From the NCBI GenBank assembly GCA_000965745.1, contig CP009479.1, positions 64,001 to 128,000 of the forward strand: DNA of 64,000 nucleotides. Direction: 5' to 3'. Position numbers and translations under genes: made by a program. Each line of letters begins with the position of its first letter. Positions within the stretch are counted from its first letter, which is position 1. Below the pieces are notes generated by a model. The model was not told where the DNA came from, did not search any database, and was given only the letters and a program-made list of their open reading frames with translations. Below, in pieces: positions 19,821 through 30,197 of this stretch. The stretch comes from an uncultured archaeon. GTDB taxonomy: Archaea > Thermoplasmatota > Thermoplasmata > Thermoplasmatales > Thermoplasmataceae.

Positions 19821-22800
19821 ATGTTAAGGCCAGGTATATATGAACAGATCATTAACAGGATACTGCAACGGGAGTTGCACTCTTCAAATGGTCTAGTAAA
19901 GCACAAAGAGGCCATAGAAAAAGACGAATCATCACGTATTCTATCCAGATACCTGGCAGAGATTTTAGAACGCGTCTTGGTCAGAATAAGAGATGAAAAA
20001 GAAGGTGTTTTCAAGCAGGTAGATTTGGTGAATAAACTGGTCGAGCTTATTGGGAATGAAATTCCTGAAACCTCCTCTGATCCGTTATTCATAGATACGC
20101 CCTTAGAAAAGCTTCTCGCGTTATTTGATTCCTCGAATAATGGGTCACAATTTGGTCCAGAGTATAGCCACCGAAGGCCTGAGACTTCTATATCGCAAAC
20201 TTCATTGTTTACATCCTCCGAAGACGAGCCTAACATGGTTGATGAGCTGAGGAGTGAGATACTCTCTTCCGACAGAATAGATATGCTAGTCTCGTTCATC
20301 AAATGGAGTGGAATGAGGCTCCTTGTGGAACAACTGAAAACCTTTACTGAGAATGGGGGACGACTTAGAGTAATTACGACTTCGTACTTGGGAGCAACGG
20401 ATTCAAAGGCCATTGAAGAGCTAACCAAACTGAACAACACCGAGATAAAAATCTCCTACGATACAAAAAGGACAAGGCTGCACGCAAAGGCCTACATTTT
20501 CCAAAGGAATACGGGATTTTCGACCGCGTATGTGGGATCGTCTAACCTATCCAATATTGCTATTTCCAGTGGGCTTGAATGGAACGTGAAGATTGCTTCT
20601 AAGGAACTTCCTGACACCATGAGCAAGATTAATGCGACTTTCGATAGTTACTGGAATTCTAACGAGTTTGAGACCTATAGGATCGAGGAAAAGGGTCGTC
20701 TAATTGAGGCGCTTAATTTCGAGAATACCAAGGGAAAGAGAGATAGTTTCCCATATCTCTTTGATATAAGGCCATATCCGTTTCAACAAGAAATACTAGA
20801 TAAATTGGAGGCTGAAAGAACCGTTCTAAACAAAAAAAAGAATCTGATAGTAGCTGCGACTGGGACTGGGAAGACTGTCATTTCTGCATTCGACTACAAA
20901 CGCTTCTGCGTTGAGAACCGTGGTAAACCGAACAGATTACTCTTCATAGCCCATAGGGAAGAGATACTGAAACAGAGCATCGTCACGTTTAGAGGAGTGT
21001 TGAAAGATTACAATTTTGGAGACCTTTCTGTAGGAAACTATAAGGCAAACGGATGGGACCATCTTTTTGTCTCAATTCAAACATTTAACTCCCAAAGAAT
21101 TGATGAGAAGACAACACCAGATCACTATGATTTTATTGTGATTGATGAGTTCCATCATGCTGCCGCAAAATCGTACAAGAAACTTATATCATACTATAAC
21201 CCAAAAGTGTTGCTTGGTCTTACGGCAACTCCCGAAAGAAGTGATGGAATAAGCGTTACAAGGTACTTTGAGGACAGAATATCAGCGGAAATAAGACTGC
21301 ATGAGGCGATAGACAGGAAACTGCTTTCCCCCTTCCAGTACTTTGGTGTAACTGACTCAGTTGACCTGAAGGATGTTACCTGGAAACGTGAGGGTTACGA
21401 TGAGGCAGAGTTGACAAAGCTGTACGCCCTCGACCAGAGTGTTGCGCAAAAGCGTGCTTCGCAAATTGTCGCATCCCTACACAAGTATCTTACCGACCTG
21501 GAATCAGTAAAAGGGTTGGGATTCTGCGTTTCTGTAAAACACGCAGAGTTCATGGCTAACTTCTTCAACAGTATAGGTGTTGAATCAATCTTCCTTACGG
21601 GTGAGTCCCCCGAAGATGAGAGAAAAGCAGCCAAGAAGAAAGTCGTTGAAGGAGAAATCAAATTCATCTTTGTTGTTGATATCTATAACGAAGGGGTGGA
21701 TATACCTGAGATAAATACCATCCTTTTCTTGAGGCCAACACAGAGCCTTACTGTTTTTCTTCAGCAGCTTGGAAGGGGTTTACGCCTAGCAGAAGGTAAG
21801 GAGTGTCTAACAGTCTTAGACTTCGTTGGGCAGGCGAACAAAAAATATGACTTTGAGGAAAAATTTGCGGCTCTTGTATCCAAGTCGAACAGAAGTATTC
21901 AGAAACAGGTGAAAGACGGATTTACGCATCTTCCAAGAGGAAGCTATATCCAACTTGAACGTAAAGCGAAGGAATACATCTTGGACAACATCAGAAGATC
22001 ATTTGGTGTGAAGTCGGGTCTTGTATCAAGAATAGCAAGTTTTGAGGAAGATACAGGGCTAGAGCTAACCCTTGAAAACTTCCTGATTCATTACCACCTG
22101 GAACCACTGGACATCTACTCGAAGGGCTCTTTTTCAAGGCTTTGCGTTGACGCCAAGATTATGGAAGATTTTAACGATCCTGAAGAATCGACCATTGCCA
22201 AAGCCCTTCAGCGTGTATCGGCCATAGATTCAAGGAGGTGGATCCGGTTCATGGTCGAGTCACTCAGAAAACTTGAGGAGATTAATTCATCCGATCTTTC
22301 CAACGAAGAGAATAGAATGTTGTCCATGTTTCACTATACTATTTGGCAAAGACCGCTCTTAGAGAGTGGTTTCACCAACCTAAAAGAAAGCATGTTGAGG
22401 CTTAAGCGATGTGGACCCTTATTCGAGGAAATAATTGAGCTCTTAGAATACAATCTTACCAGAATAGATTTCCTGGATGAGCCTGTAGACTTAGGGTTTG
22501 ACTGTCCACTCGACTTGCATTGCAGTTATACTAGAGATCAGATACTCATTGCCATGGACTACATGAAACCCGGGACAATTAGAGAGGGGGTGAAATTCTT
22601 CCCCGATAAGATGTTGGATTTACTATTCATAACGCTTAACAAATCCGACAAAGACTATTCACCTACAACGATGTACAATGATTACTCAATAAACAACAAA
22701 TTGTTCCACTGGCAAAGTCAAAGCACGACTTCAGAAACCTCTGAAACCGGGCAACGTTACATTAATCATGTTGAAATGGGTTCGAAAGTTCTATTGTTCG

Positions 22801-22970
22801 TCAGGGAATACAAAAGAACATCGGCGGGAGGAGGAGCTCCATACACATTCTTGGGATTAGGGAACTATGTAAAGCATGAGGGCAGTAATCCCATGAACAT
22901 CGTTTGGGAGCTTGAAAGACCAATCCCAGCAAAATACGTCAAGAAGACGAACAAGCTGTATGCCGTCTAA
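19821..22970 (+). CDS. PLD nuclease / SF2 helicase / DUF3427 protein (SauUSI-like type IV restriction enzyme)
   Basis: PLD HAKAY...GSSNLS; Walker A ATGTGKT; DEFHH; TAT; QQLGRGLR; C-terminal YNDY...FHWQSQS. Confidence 0.9.
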   Translation: MLRPGIYEQIINRILQRELHSSNGLVKHKEAIEKDESSRILSRYLAEILERVLVRIRDEKEGVFKQVDLVNKLVELIGNEIPETSSDPLFIDTPLEKLLALFDSSNNGSQFGPEYSHRRPETSISQTSLFTSSEDEPNMVDELRSEILSSDRIDMLVSFIKWSGMRLLVEQLKTFTENGGRLRVITTSYLGATDSKAIEELTKLNNTEIKISYDTKRTRLHAKAYIFQRNTGFSTAYVGSSNLSNIAISSGLEWNVKIASKELPDTMSKINATFDSYWNSNEFETYRIEEKGRLIEALNFENTKGKRDSFPYLFDIRPYPFQQEILDKLEAERTVLNKKKNLIVAATGTGKTVISAFDYKRFCVENRGKPNRLLFIAHREEILKQSIVTFRGVLKDYNFGDLSVGNYKANGWDHLFVSIQTFNSQRIDEKTTPDHYDFIVIDEFHHAAAKSYKKLISYYNPKVLLGLTATPERSDGISVTRYFEDRISAEIRLHEAIDRKLLSPFQYFGVTDSVDLKDVTWKREGYDEAELTKLYALDQSVAQKRASQIVASLHKYLTDLESVKGLGFCVSVKHAEFMANFFNSIGVESIFLTGESPEDERKAAKKKVVEGEIKFIFVVDIYNEGVDIPEINTILFLRPTQSLTVFLQQLGRGLRLAEGKECLTVLDFVGQANKKYDFEEKFAALVSKSNRSIQKQVKDGFTHLPRGSYIQLERKAKEYILDNIRRSFGVKSGLVSRIASFEEDTGLELTLENFLIHYHLEPLDIYSKGSFSRLCVDAKIMEDFNDPEESTIAKALQRVSAIDSRRWIRFMVESLRKLEEINSSDLSNEENRMLSMFHYTIWQRPLLESGFTNLKESMLRLKRCGPLFEEIIELLEYNLTRIDFLDEPVDLGFDCPLDLHCSYTRDQILIAMDYMKPGTIREGVKFFPDKMLDLLFITLNKSDKDYSPTTMYNDYSINNKLFHWQSQSTTSETSETGQRYINHVEMGSKVLLFVREYKRTSAGGGAPYTFLGLGNYVKHEGSNPMNIVWELERPIPAKYVKKTNKLYAV

Positions 22971-23063
22971 TGGAGTTATTAGGGAACACCTAGTAAGAGC
23001 CCATTAGTTGCATTAGAGTTTTCACACCGGCAATAATATAAATTCCCCGGATAATAACTCAAT

Positions 23064-23417
23064 GTGACTACTTGTGGCAAAGGACACAGTAACTGGGGGA
23101 CCTGGGTATCTTCAGATGGTAGTGAGCATAGATATTGTAAAACTTGCAGGCAACTAAGGGCTAGATCTTACAACAGCAGGAAGAAGAATGCTGCCGGAAG
23201 TCACACAAGGAAAGAGTTTTTTGATAAGCTGAGTACGTACGAAAGGTGCCCCGGGTGCAATAGGAGGTGGGAGGATATTCCACCATCAAAAGGCCCCGCT
23301 GGTTACAAAATTACTGAGGATCATATCAAACCCCTAATCGATGGTGGGAAGGATTCAATAGATAACATTCAACCTCTATGTTACCAGTGCAACTTTAAAA
23401 AGGGACACTCCAACTGA
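23064..23417 (+). CDS. Small HNH endonuclease with an N-terminal Cys/His zinc motif
   Basis: CPGC...DHIKPL..GG.DSIDNIQPLCYQCNFKKG; N-terminal C..GH...CKTC. Confidence 0.85.
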   Translation: MTTCGKGHSNWGTWVSSDGSEHRYCKTCRQLRARSYNSRKKNAAGSHTRKEFFDKLSTYERCPGCNRRWEDIPPSKGPAGYKITEDHIKPLIDGGKDSIDNIQPLCYQCNFKKGHSN

Positions 23418-23484
23418 TTTCAATAGTTTTCTTTCTAATCTAAGAGTGCAAAAATGTACAGATCTTGACAAAATATCCCGTGGA

Positions 23485-25373
23485 CTAGATATCCTCTTTT
23501 CTCATGATTCTTGTCTTGAAAAACCTCTCAGTGTCTTTATCCATGAAGTAAACAAAGCAGCCCTCTATACCCCTTGAAAGCAAGACTCTGTAGGTGTTCT
23601 TTACGAATTGGGTGAAACGGTCTTTTGGCTTGTTTTGCTTCGCTTCCCAGGAGTTATCGGGATGCCCTTCCCATGATTGAGAATCAAGATTGTAAACCAG
23701 ATCCTTTCCGAATATCACTCCAACATAATCGAACTCGAAACCCTGCGCGGTATAGACGCAACCCACCTGGTTCATGCCTCCGGGGTCATTCGCCCACAGG
23801 TTTGAAACCGGTATGCCCTTTGCAAGTTTCTTACTGCCTGGTTTAGCATTCCAGGGTCGTTTATAGTCCCCTATAACAACATCATCAACAAGAGTTCCAT
23901 CTTCCCTGGGATTTGACCAAGGCCAGCAGAAACCCGCAACCATCCTTCCTTTCTTGCCTTCTTCCAGTTTCTCTCTGATTGCCTCTTCCACGGCTTCCGG
24001 GGATTCCATGATACTGAAATCGAAATCCTCTTCTCCCGTCCACATGACATTGGCGTTCCGTTCTATTCCCAAGGTGTTGTTTATCCAGTTTACAAAGGCA
24101 TCGGAGCCCTTGCATCTGAATTGTGTTTCGAGCTCATAAGTGTATACGTTGCATCCATTGTTTCTTGCGTGCTCTTCAATATACTGGGTCGAACCAACCT
24201 CCTGAGGCCTTATGACCTGCCTGTCATCGACGAAGAACACCAGAACCTTGGCGGCCCTCTGATCATATGGTCAATTATCGGAGTGTCAGACCTGTATTTC
24301 TTGGGTGTGAATCTGCTCATATCCTTGTGCCACAATCTATGGGCCTCATCTGCTATCAGAACATCGACCACATTGGCCTCCTCCGCCCTCACATAGTCAT
24401 TGAAGAATCTCAGCTGCGAAGTAGTTCGCTTCCCGAGAATTTCCCTCAGAGTCGAAGTGAACGCCCTCGATCCGGTTGCATAGTGTGTGTTGTATTTCAT
24501 TGAAGAAAGGTCTGCCATCAAGTTGATTGCTATGACAGATTTTCCTGTTCCAGGGCCTCCTTTCACGATTATAACGGTCTTTTTCCCGTTTGAAAAGCCT
24601 TCTCTGGCAGATGAAAGAACTTTGTCGTAAACAACAAGCTGTTCGTCCAGGAGCGTGTATTCTGGATTTCCATGGATCATCCCTGCAACGTGTTCCATGA
24701 GTTGCTTGCTTGGCCTATAGCTGCTTTTTTCAATTCTCCTGAGAACTTCGATACCTTCTCCTGAATTAAGGTTCTTCACCAGGAAATCCTTCAATTTCAC
24801 TACGTCATCTTTCGTAAACATTGGGTTTTTTTCCATTACCTCGTTGAACTTTGTCGCAAAAACAGCATCATCTCGAGCGAGAGGATAGTTGTGCAGGTAT
24901 GCACACGCGTTCAACATAACCGGGTCCACTTCATCATAAAATGCTGAATGGTAGTCCCGAAGGTACGCCTTATACTGGCCAACCTGGACTGATGGGTGCA
25001 ATATATCCCTTAACCTGCCCCCTACCCATGTCTGTACTTCGTTATCACCGTCAGATTCGCTAGACTTCTCCCACTGCTTTAACTCTATTATCACGGCATT
25101 GTCCCGGGATTCAGTGTCTCTGCCGCAAACCAGGCAGTCGAGCCTCTTGGATGACATAGGGAGCTGATACTCCAGGATAATTCCATGGTCATTCAGCTTT
25201 GAATATTCAAAGAGAGAAGACAGTGCCCTCAGCGAATTTTGCCATGAGTGAACCTCTGAGTTTCCGGGGTTATATCCAAAGTAGCTGAAGAAGGCTATTT
25301 TGAGCTTGTCTGCAATCCGATTCATTGTAGTATCCAACTGGAACTGCTCCGTTGTGCCAGAATAGAGTCTCAT
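23485..25373 (-). pseudogene. DUF2075 (Schlafen group-3-like) nuclease-helicase split by a frameshift near 24255
   Basis: N-part RLD...IIELKQW, GGPGTGKS, DEAHRL; C-part QFRC.GS, AGFCWPW, YTAQGFEFDYVGV, YRVLLSRG; frames join at ATC AG(AG)G GCC GCC AAG. Confidence 0.85.
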
Positions 25374-25613
25374 TTTGATTGAAAAGATTATTCCAAATTC
25401 TGTTTATAAAATTATTCACATATAAAGAAAAGACTGCCAGAAATTGCCCCTTCACTTCCTCTCGAATTATGAATTTTATGAAGAAACTATATTAAAATAT
25501 AATAATGAAAATAGTTGGTCCCGCATACCCTGTGAATTGCCCCGTCTTGAAGCCAATTTTCAACATGGTACGCCCTTTAAAAGTTAAGCATCCTACGGAA
25601 AATCTGGAAGTTA

Positions 25614-26288
25614 TCAGCTCCGCAAGACAAACTCTGGCTTTTTGTTCAATATCAGATAAACCGTTGCAGACATCAATCCCACAACGGATATGAGGGCTGT
25701 AGCAATTCCGATCGTCCCCCATACTCCGCCAAAATAGGATGAGACGTACATAATCATGAGTGCTGCCGCCCACTGCGATATAACTGCCAGTTGTAACTTT
25801 ATGGTGAACGTCTTCCTCCTGTCAGTCAGTGAGCTATGAAGACCATCGAGAAATTCCTGGATTTCCGGTGGATTCTCTTCCCTTATCCTTGCGACACAAA
25901 GCAGGAAAGTGCATACTGCCACAAGAACCGGTTCGGGGGAAGTGATAAATTCCATTGTTCCGTTCCCTCGGGATATTGCGACGGGAGTGCTGTCACTTTC
26001 CCTCACTACACTCAATAGGCGGTACCCATCTCCATCTGTCAGCCGAAGGGCGAATCTCAGACCGTTGTATTCCAGAATTTCTCCAGAGACCTCAGCAAGC
26101 TTCTGGAGATTGAAGAGATGCCCGGTGAAAACTGCAAAAGTGTCCTTGCTGTAATGCTGGATTCTCATTTTCCTTCCTTTGACTTTCACACTGTAGAATC
26201 CAATTGAAAGGGAGAATGATCCTATTGACTCTTCATCCTGCAGGATCTTGTTCCCGGACAGCGAGATCCTCATACAAAAGAGATACAT
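25614..26288 (-). CDS. Hypothetical protein with C-terminal TM helices
   Basis: 224-aa ORF with a hydrophobic C-terminus. Confidence 0.55.
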   Translation of the reverse strand: MYLFCMRISLSGNKILQDEESIGSFSLSIGFYSVKVKGRKMRIQHYSKDTFAVFTGHLFNLQKLAEVSGEILEYNGLRFALRLTDGDGYRLLSVVRESDSTPVAISRGNGTMEFITSPEPVLVAVCTFLLCVARIREENPPEIQEFLDGLHSSLTDRRKTFTIKLQLAVISQWAAALMIMYVSSYFGGVWGTIGIATALISVVGLMSATVYLILNKKPEFVLRS

Positions 26289-26410
26289 CCTTAATGATAA
26301 AAATATTATGCACCGAATTGAGGTCTATTGCCTCTTGGCATGAAGGGAAGGAGGCCTCATTCCGAAATATTATTATGGTCGTAGATGTATCTTTATGAGA
26401 TGGTGTTGAG

Positions 26411-26893
26411 TTGGAAAATATTCTAGATGAACAGATATCCAATGCAAGAAAGGCCTCTATGAATGGTGCCGTTGTTGTCTATGACCTGACATCGGGAATT
26501 GACTTTTCAAACCCCAGGAAAACGGGAGAAGCTCTGGCAAGAGTGATTTTTGAGCAGGATGTGTCAAGATGGGTTAAAGTTGAAGGAAACAAGATCACTA
26601 TAAACCCTTCTACGAAGTTGGATATCCGCATCATGGACGACCACAACAAAGCTATAGATAAAACAATGAATGATTTCAAGAAGGACATGGAAAAAGATGA
26701 ACTCAGGGGCCACTACAGCCAGCAGATTGAAGCTGCAGCAAATTACCAGGCGGGAATTGCCTCTTACTTGTTTCTGGGGATAGGAACTTCACTCCTCCTT
26801 GAGCACATGGAAAGAAGTTCAGAGAAATCAGCATTCGTGGATGATCTCATGTACAAGCTAATGGCAAACATATCTGTCACCAGCCTGCAATAG
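26411..26893 (+). CDS. Hypothetical protein (paralog of 28473-28997)
   Basis: Shared YDLT.G.D.SNPR...EALA.V.FE.D...W motif. Confidence 0.8.
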   Translation: MENILDEQISNARKASMNGAVVVYDLTSGIDFSNPRKTGEALARVIFEQDVSRWVKVEGNKITINPSTKLDIRIMDDHNKAIDKTMNDFKKDMEKDELRGHYSQQIEAAANYQAGIASYLFLGIGTSLLLEHMERSSEKSAFVDDLMYKLMANISVTSLQ

Positions 26894-27000
26894 CATCCCA
26901 CAACAGTTATCAAGACTACAACCCTAATTTAGCCTTAGCAGTGAAGGTCTTTTCCTAAATATCTGGAGTTGGTAAGTTTTATGCATCGCAGGGCAAGAAT

Positions 27001-27813
27001 ATGGAATCAAGGAGAGACAGTGGTGTAGTCAGTTATGACGTCTTCGGGGAAGGCGATTCGACCGTCATATGCGTTCCCTCAATAGGGGACCTGAAGGAGG
27101 AGTACAGGTATCTGGTGCCAAAGCTTCGGGAATCAGGTTTCAGGGTTATCACCATGGACATTCAGGGCATGGGTGGATCCCCATCAGATTTCACTGAGTT
27201 TTCCGCCGTAGCTATAGGTTCCGACATTATCGCCCTGATCGATACTGCGTGTGGAGGCAAGCCTGCCTGGGTTGCGGGGTGTTCCCTCTCTGCATGTTCA
27301 GCAGTTTGGGCTGCTGTCGAGTCCCCGGAAAATGTGGCAGGCCTAGTCCTCATCTCTCCCGCAGTCAGGGATGAGGCAATACCGCTGGCAAACAGAATAC
27401 TTTACTGGGTCGCACTGAGGCCTCCATGGGGGCCAGGGCTATGGACAGGATTTTACAGGTCGCTCTACCGGAAGAATGAGCCCCACGACTTTGAGGTATA
27501 CCTCTCAAAGCTGAAGGAGAATCTGTCAGAAAGGGGGAGAATGCGATCTGTCCGCATAATGACATTCGCCTCGAGGGAAGAATGCACGAAGAGGCTCGAT
27601 AAGGTAAGGTGCCCGGTCATTGCAATCTACGGATCTGAAGATCCGGACTTCAAGGAGCCCGGAAAAGAGGGTGAGTGGGTCAAGAAGAAGACGGATGCGC
27701 AGGTCGAGATTTTCGAAGGTGTGGGCCATTACCCGCACATCGAAGTGCCTGATGAGGTTGCCTCAAAAATCACTTCCTATATTCATTCTCGTGATTATCC
27801 CCTATCCGGATAA
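27001..27813 (+). CDS. Alpha/beta fold hydrolase
   Basis: D..G.G.S, nucleophile elbow GCSLS, G.EDPD, GVGHYPH. Confidence 0.92.
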   Translation: MESRRDSGVVSYDVFGEGDSTVICVPSIGDLKEEYRYLVPKLRESGFRVITMDIQGMGGSPSDFTEFSAVAIGSDIIALIDTACGGKPAWVAGCSLSACSAVWAAVESPENVAGLVLISPAVRDEAIPLANRILYWVALRPPWGPGLWTGFYRSLYRKNEPHDFEVYLSKLKENLSERGRMRSVRIMTFASREECTKRLDKVRCPVIAIYGSEDPDFKEPGKEGEWVKKKTDAQVEIFEGVGHYPHIEVPDEVASKITSYIHSRDYPLSG

Positions 27814-27845
27814 TCCTTCAATTGGCTCAAAAAAGGATCATTGGC

Positions 27846-28385
27846 TTATGATAAACCCTTGGTGGAGATCTCAACTATTCTCCTCACTATCTGCTTTGAA
27901 GGCCACTTGTCCGCTATTGCATCTGCGAAATCCAGCCTGTCGAAATAGAGCCTGAGTTCCTTGACCTTGTAATCCTCATACACCAGTACCTCGGATTGCT
28001 TGGACGTTATCGCAGAACCATTCTTTGTTGTTCCATCCACTTTGAATTCCTCGAAAAATACATCGCCCTCCACCATTATAACTACAGGAGTCAACTGCAC
28101 CTTTTCGATCGCATCGAACATCCAGTTGAGCCATTTTTCCACCCCGTCTTTTCCATGGAGTGATTTGCCCAATAATTCTATCCTGCAATCGTCTGAGAAA
28201 CATGAGATTATGCTCTCAAAATCCTTCTTTTCCAATGAGTCATCAAGGAATTTTCCCATTTCCTTTATTCTTTGAGGGTCCTGAGGGCCCTTTGGCTCTT
28301 CCCCACCTGATTTGCTGTCGTTTTCAACTGTAATACTGCTCACCGATCCGTGGAGAAAGCAACCCGTATGAGTATTTGTTATCAC
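27846..28385 (-). CDS. SnoaL/NTF2-like protein (true start probably later)
   Basis: DFESI..CFSDD...G..GV..W...KVKELRLYFD. Confidence 0.8.
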   Translation of the reverse strand: MITNTHTGCFLHGSVSSITVENDSKSGGEEPKGPQDPQRIKEMGKFLDDSLEKKDFESIISCFSDDCRIELLGKSLHGKDGVEKWLNWMFDAIEKVQLTPVVIMVEGDVFFEEFKVDGTTKNGSAITSKQSEVLVYEDYKVKELRLYFDRLDFADAIADKWPSKQIVRRIVEISTKGLS

Positions 28386-28472
28386 GCATGTACTGACTGT
28401 TCATGCAAGTCCGATGGCCGTCCGTAGTGTTGACGGCAAGAATAAAGGGCATTCCCTCATTGAAGATCATTA

Positions 28473-28997
28473 CTATAGGGGGAGATTCTTCCAGTCCATC
28501 AGATCCTTGTCGTTAAGAGATCTGATCTCCAGTTTTTCCAGTATGTCAAGGAACAGGTCATCCCGAATGTAGTCAGAGTACATCTTCCTGTTTGAATGCC
28601 TGAAAAACAGGTTGTTTACAGTGCTTGCAACAATGCCTGCCTTCAGTTTTGATGCATTGTCTGCAGTGTCTTTAATCTGCTGGGAAAATGCAGGGTAAAT
28701 CTCCTCCTTCTGAAGGTCTTCAAGAAAATCGTCAACGGTCTCCTCGATCCTTTTTCCGTGGTCCTCAGCCAGCACCACCCTGACTTTGTAGGTCGGGTTG
28801 AAATCCACATGATCCCCTGAGGCAGTGAACCACTTCTCTGCGTCTTCCTCGAAAAACACTGTAGCCAGTGCTTCTGCAACGTTTCTTGGGTTGGACAGAT
28901 CCACACCCTCTGTCAGATCATATGTTACAAGCGATTCATCCTGTGATACCTTCCTTGATTTCTTGATGGCTTCAACGAGCCTTTCATCTGTGGACAT
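28473..28997 (-). CDS. Hypothetical protein (paralog of 26411-26893)
   Basis: Full-length alignment with its paralog; start at MSTDERL. Confidence 0.8.
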   Translation of the reverse strand: MSTDERLVEAIKKSRKVSQDESLVTYDLTEGVDLSNPRNVAEALATVFFEEDAEKWFTASGDHVDFNPTYKVRVVLAEDHGKRIEETVDDFLEDLQKEEIYPAFSQQIKDTADNASKLKAGIVASTVNNLFFRHSNRKMYSDYIRDDLFLDILEKLEIRSLNDKDLMDWKNLPL

Positions 28998-29149
28998 ACA
29001 ATGAAGAGCCTGAAAACGATATAAATACTTATCGTATCTCAAGAATGCCCCGCCCCTCACCCTTGAGCCTTTTAGTTCTCTTCCCCAAGAATATTGTTTA
29101 TATGGTGCGAATCATGTTGCCATAGATTGACGGATAAACAAGAACTTTT

Positions 29150-29362
29150 TTTGTTGTTCAGAAGCACAAGGCAACTGCCATTCATTACGACTTCAGGCTT
29201 TAAGTTGGATGTTGAGAAGGGAGTGCGCAAGGAGATCACGGACATATCGGAGGCCCATAAGGTTACATCCAGGAGCCTCGAAGAAGGGAATCTGAAATTC
29301 CGGCTCTAAGGGAGGAAGCTGCAGGGATCATTCGCGCTCGTCAGGACGAAGGGCATGGGGGT
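29150..29362 (+). pseudogene. Remnant of a LigD-type DNA 3'-phosphoesterase (PE domain)
   Basis: FVVQKHKATAIHYDFRL* and LEEGNLKFRL*GRKLQGSFALVRT; two TAA stops, middle part missing. Confidence 0.8.
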
Positions 29363-29483
29363 CCTTTCAGGAGATTGCCAATGAAACCGATATCTGAGCC
29401 ATTTTTGATTCGGAAAATTTCGAAGAATTGGCGAAATACATACGGGGATAAATTTATCTTAACCCGTCGCGGTCAGTGTCTAG

Positions 29484-29999
29484 ATGGAGGTCCACGGAGG
29501 CATAGACTGTGCAGCAAGAGTCGGCCGCGACGATGGACAGTCCCTGTACCATCTCATTCTTACAGAGGATTCCATCATTATCGCAAAAGTCCTGGTCAGG
29601 AAGGAGGAATTAAAGAAGGTCGAGGACCGGATCAGGACGAAAACGACTAGCGTGGTCACCTGGTCCGCAAATGCCATGGCGAAAGCAGTGCAGATGGAAT
29701 TCTTTGAAGAAGCATGGGACAGGGGAAGGAAGATAGAGAAGGATCTCGAGGCCTACATGGAATCACGGCCTGATGAAATTGAAGTCCTTGATTATTCAAG
29801 AATATCAAGGGTCGACCTGTCAAAGGGAACCATGTTTGGGCCGCCATTTCTTAAGTTCATACTCCTGAACAAGGAGATAAGGTTCAACCTCGTACACAAC
29901 ATATTCGAAAAGGCCGGAAAACTGGATGACAACGTCTACCTATATTACCTTAAGAGTCTCAAAAAGGCATTTGGAAACAAGTTGAAGATCAAAGTGTGA
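29484..29999 (+). CDS. Hypothetical protein
   Basis: 171-aa ORF with a TATA-like element upstream; its 3' end is duplicated at ~40085. Confidence 0.7.
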   Translation: MEVHGGIDCAARVGRDDGQSLYHLILTEDSIIIAKVLVRKEELKKVEDRIRTKTTSVVTWSANAMAKAVQMEFFEEAWDRGRKIEKDLEAYMESRPDEIEVLDYSRISRVDLSKGTMFGPPFLKFILLNKEIRFNLVHNIFEKAGKLDDNVYLYYLKSLKKAFGNKLKIKV

Positions 30000-30197
30000 A
30001 CTGTTGCAGCCCGCTTATTGCTGTTTCACCATAAAACACTGATGAGCACGGCGAATTGCCCGGTATTACATGGTTCAGCATATAATCATTATTTTTCTAA
30101 AACATCAGCATGATAAACATCATGGATCCTTACCATGAATGGCTGATCCAGGGATTCAGCAAAAGTTTATAGGTTGATTTCCCGTAGATATTATTCG

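Noticed and set aside
19763-20440. 225-aa minus-strand ORF
   Set aside because: Antisense to the PLD-helicase gene; Ser-rich shadow ORF
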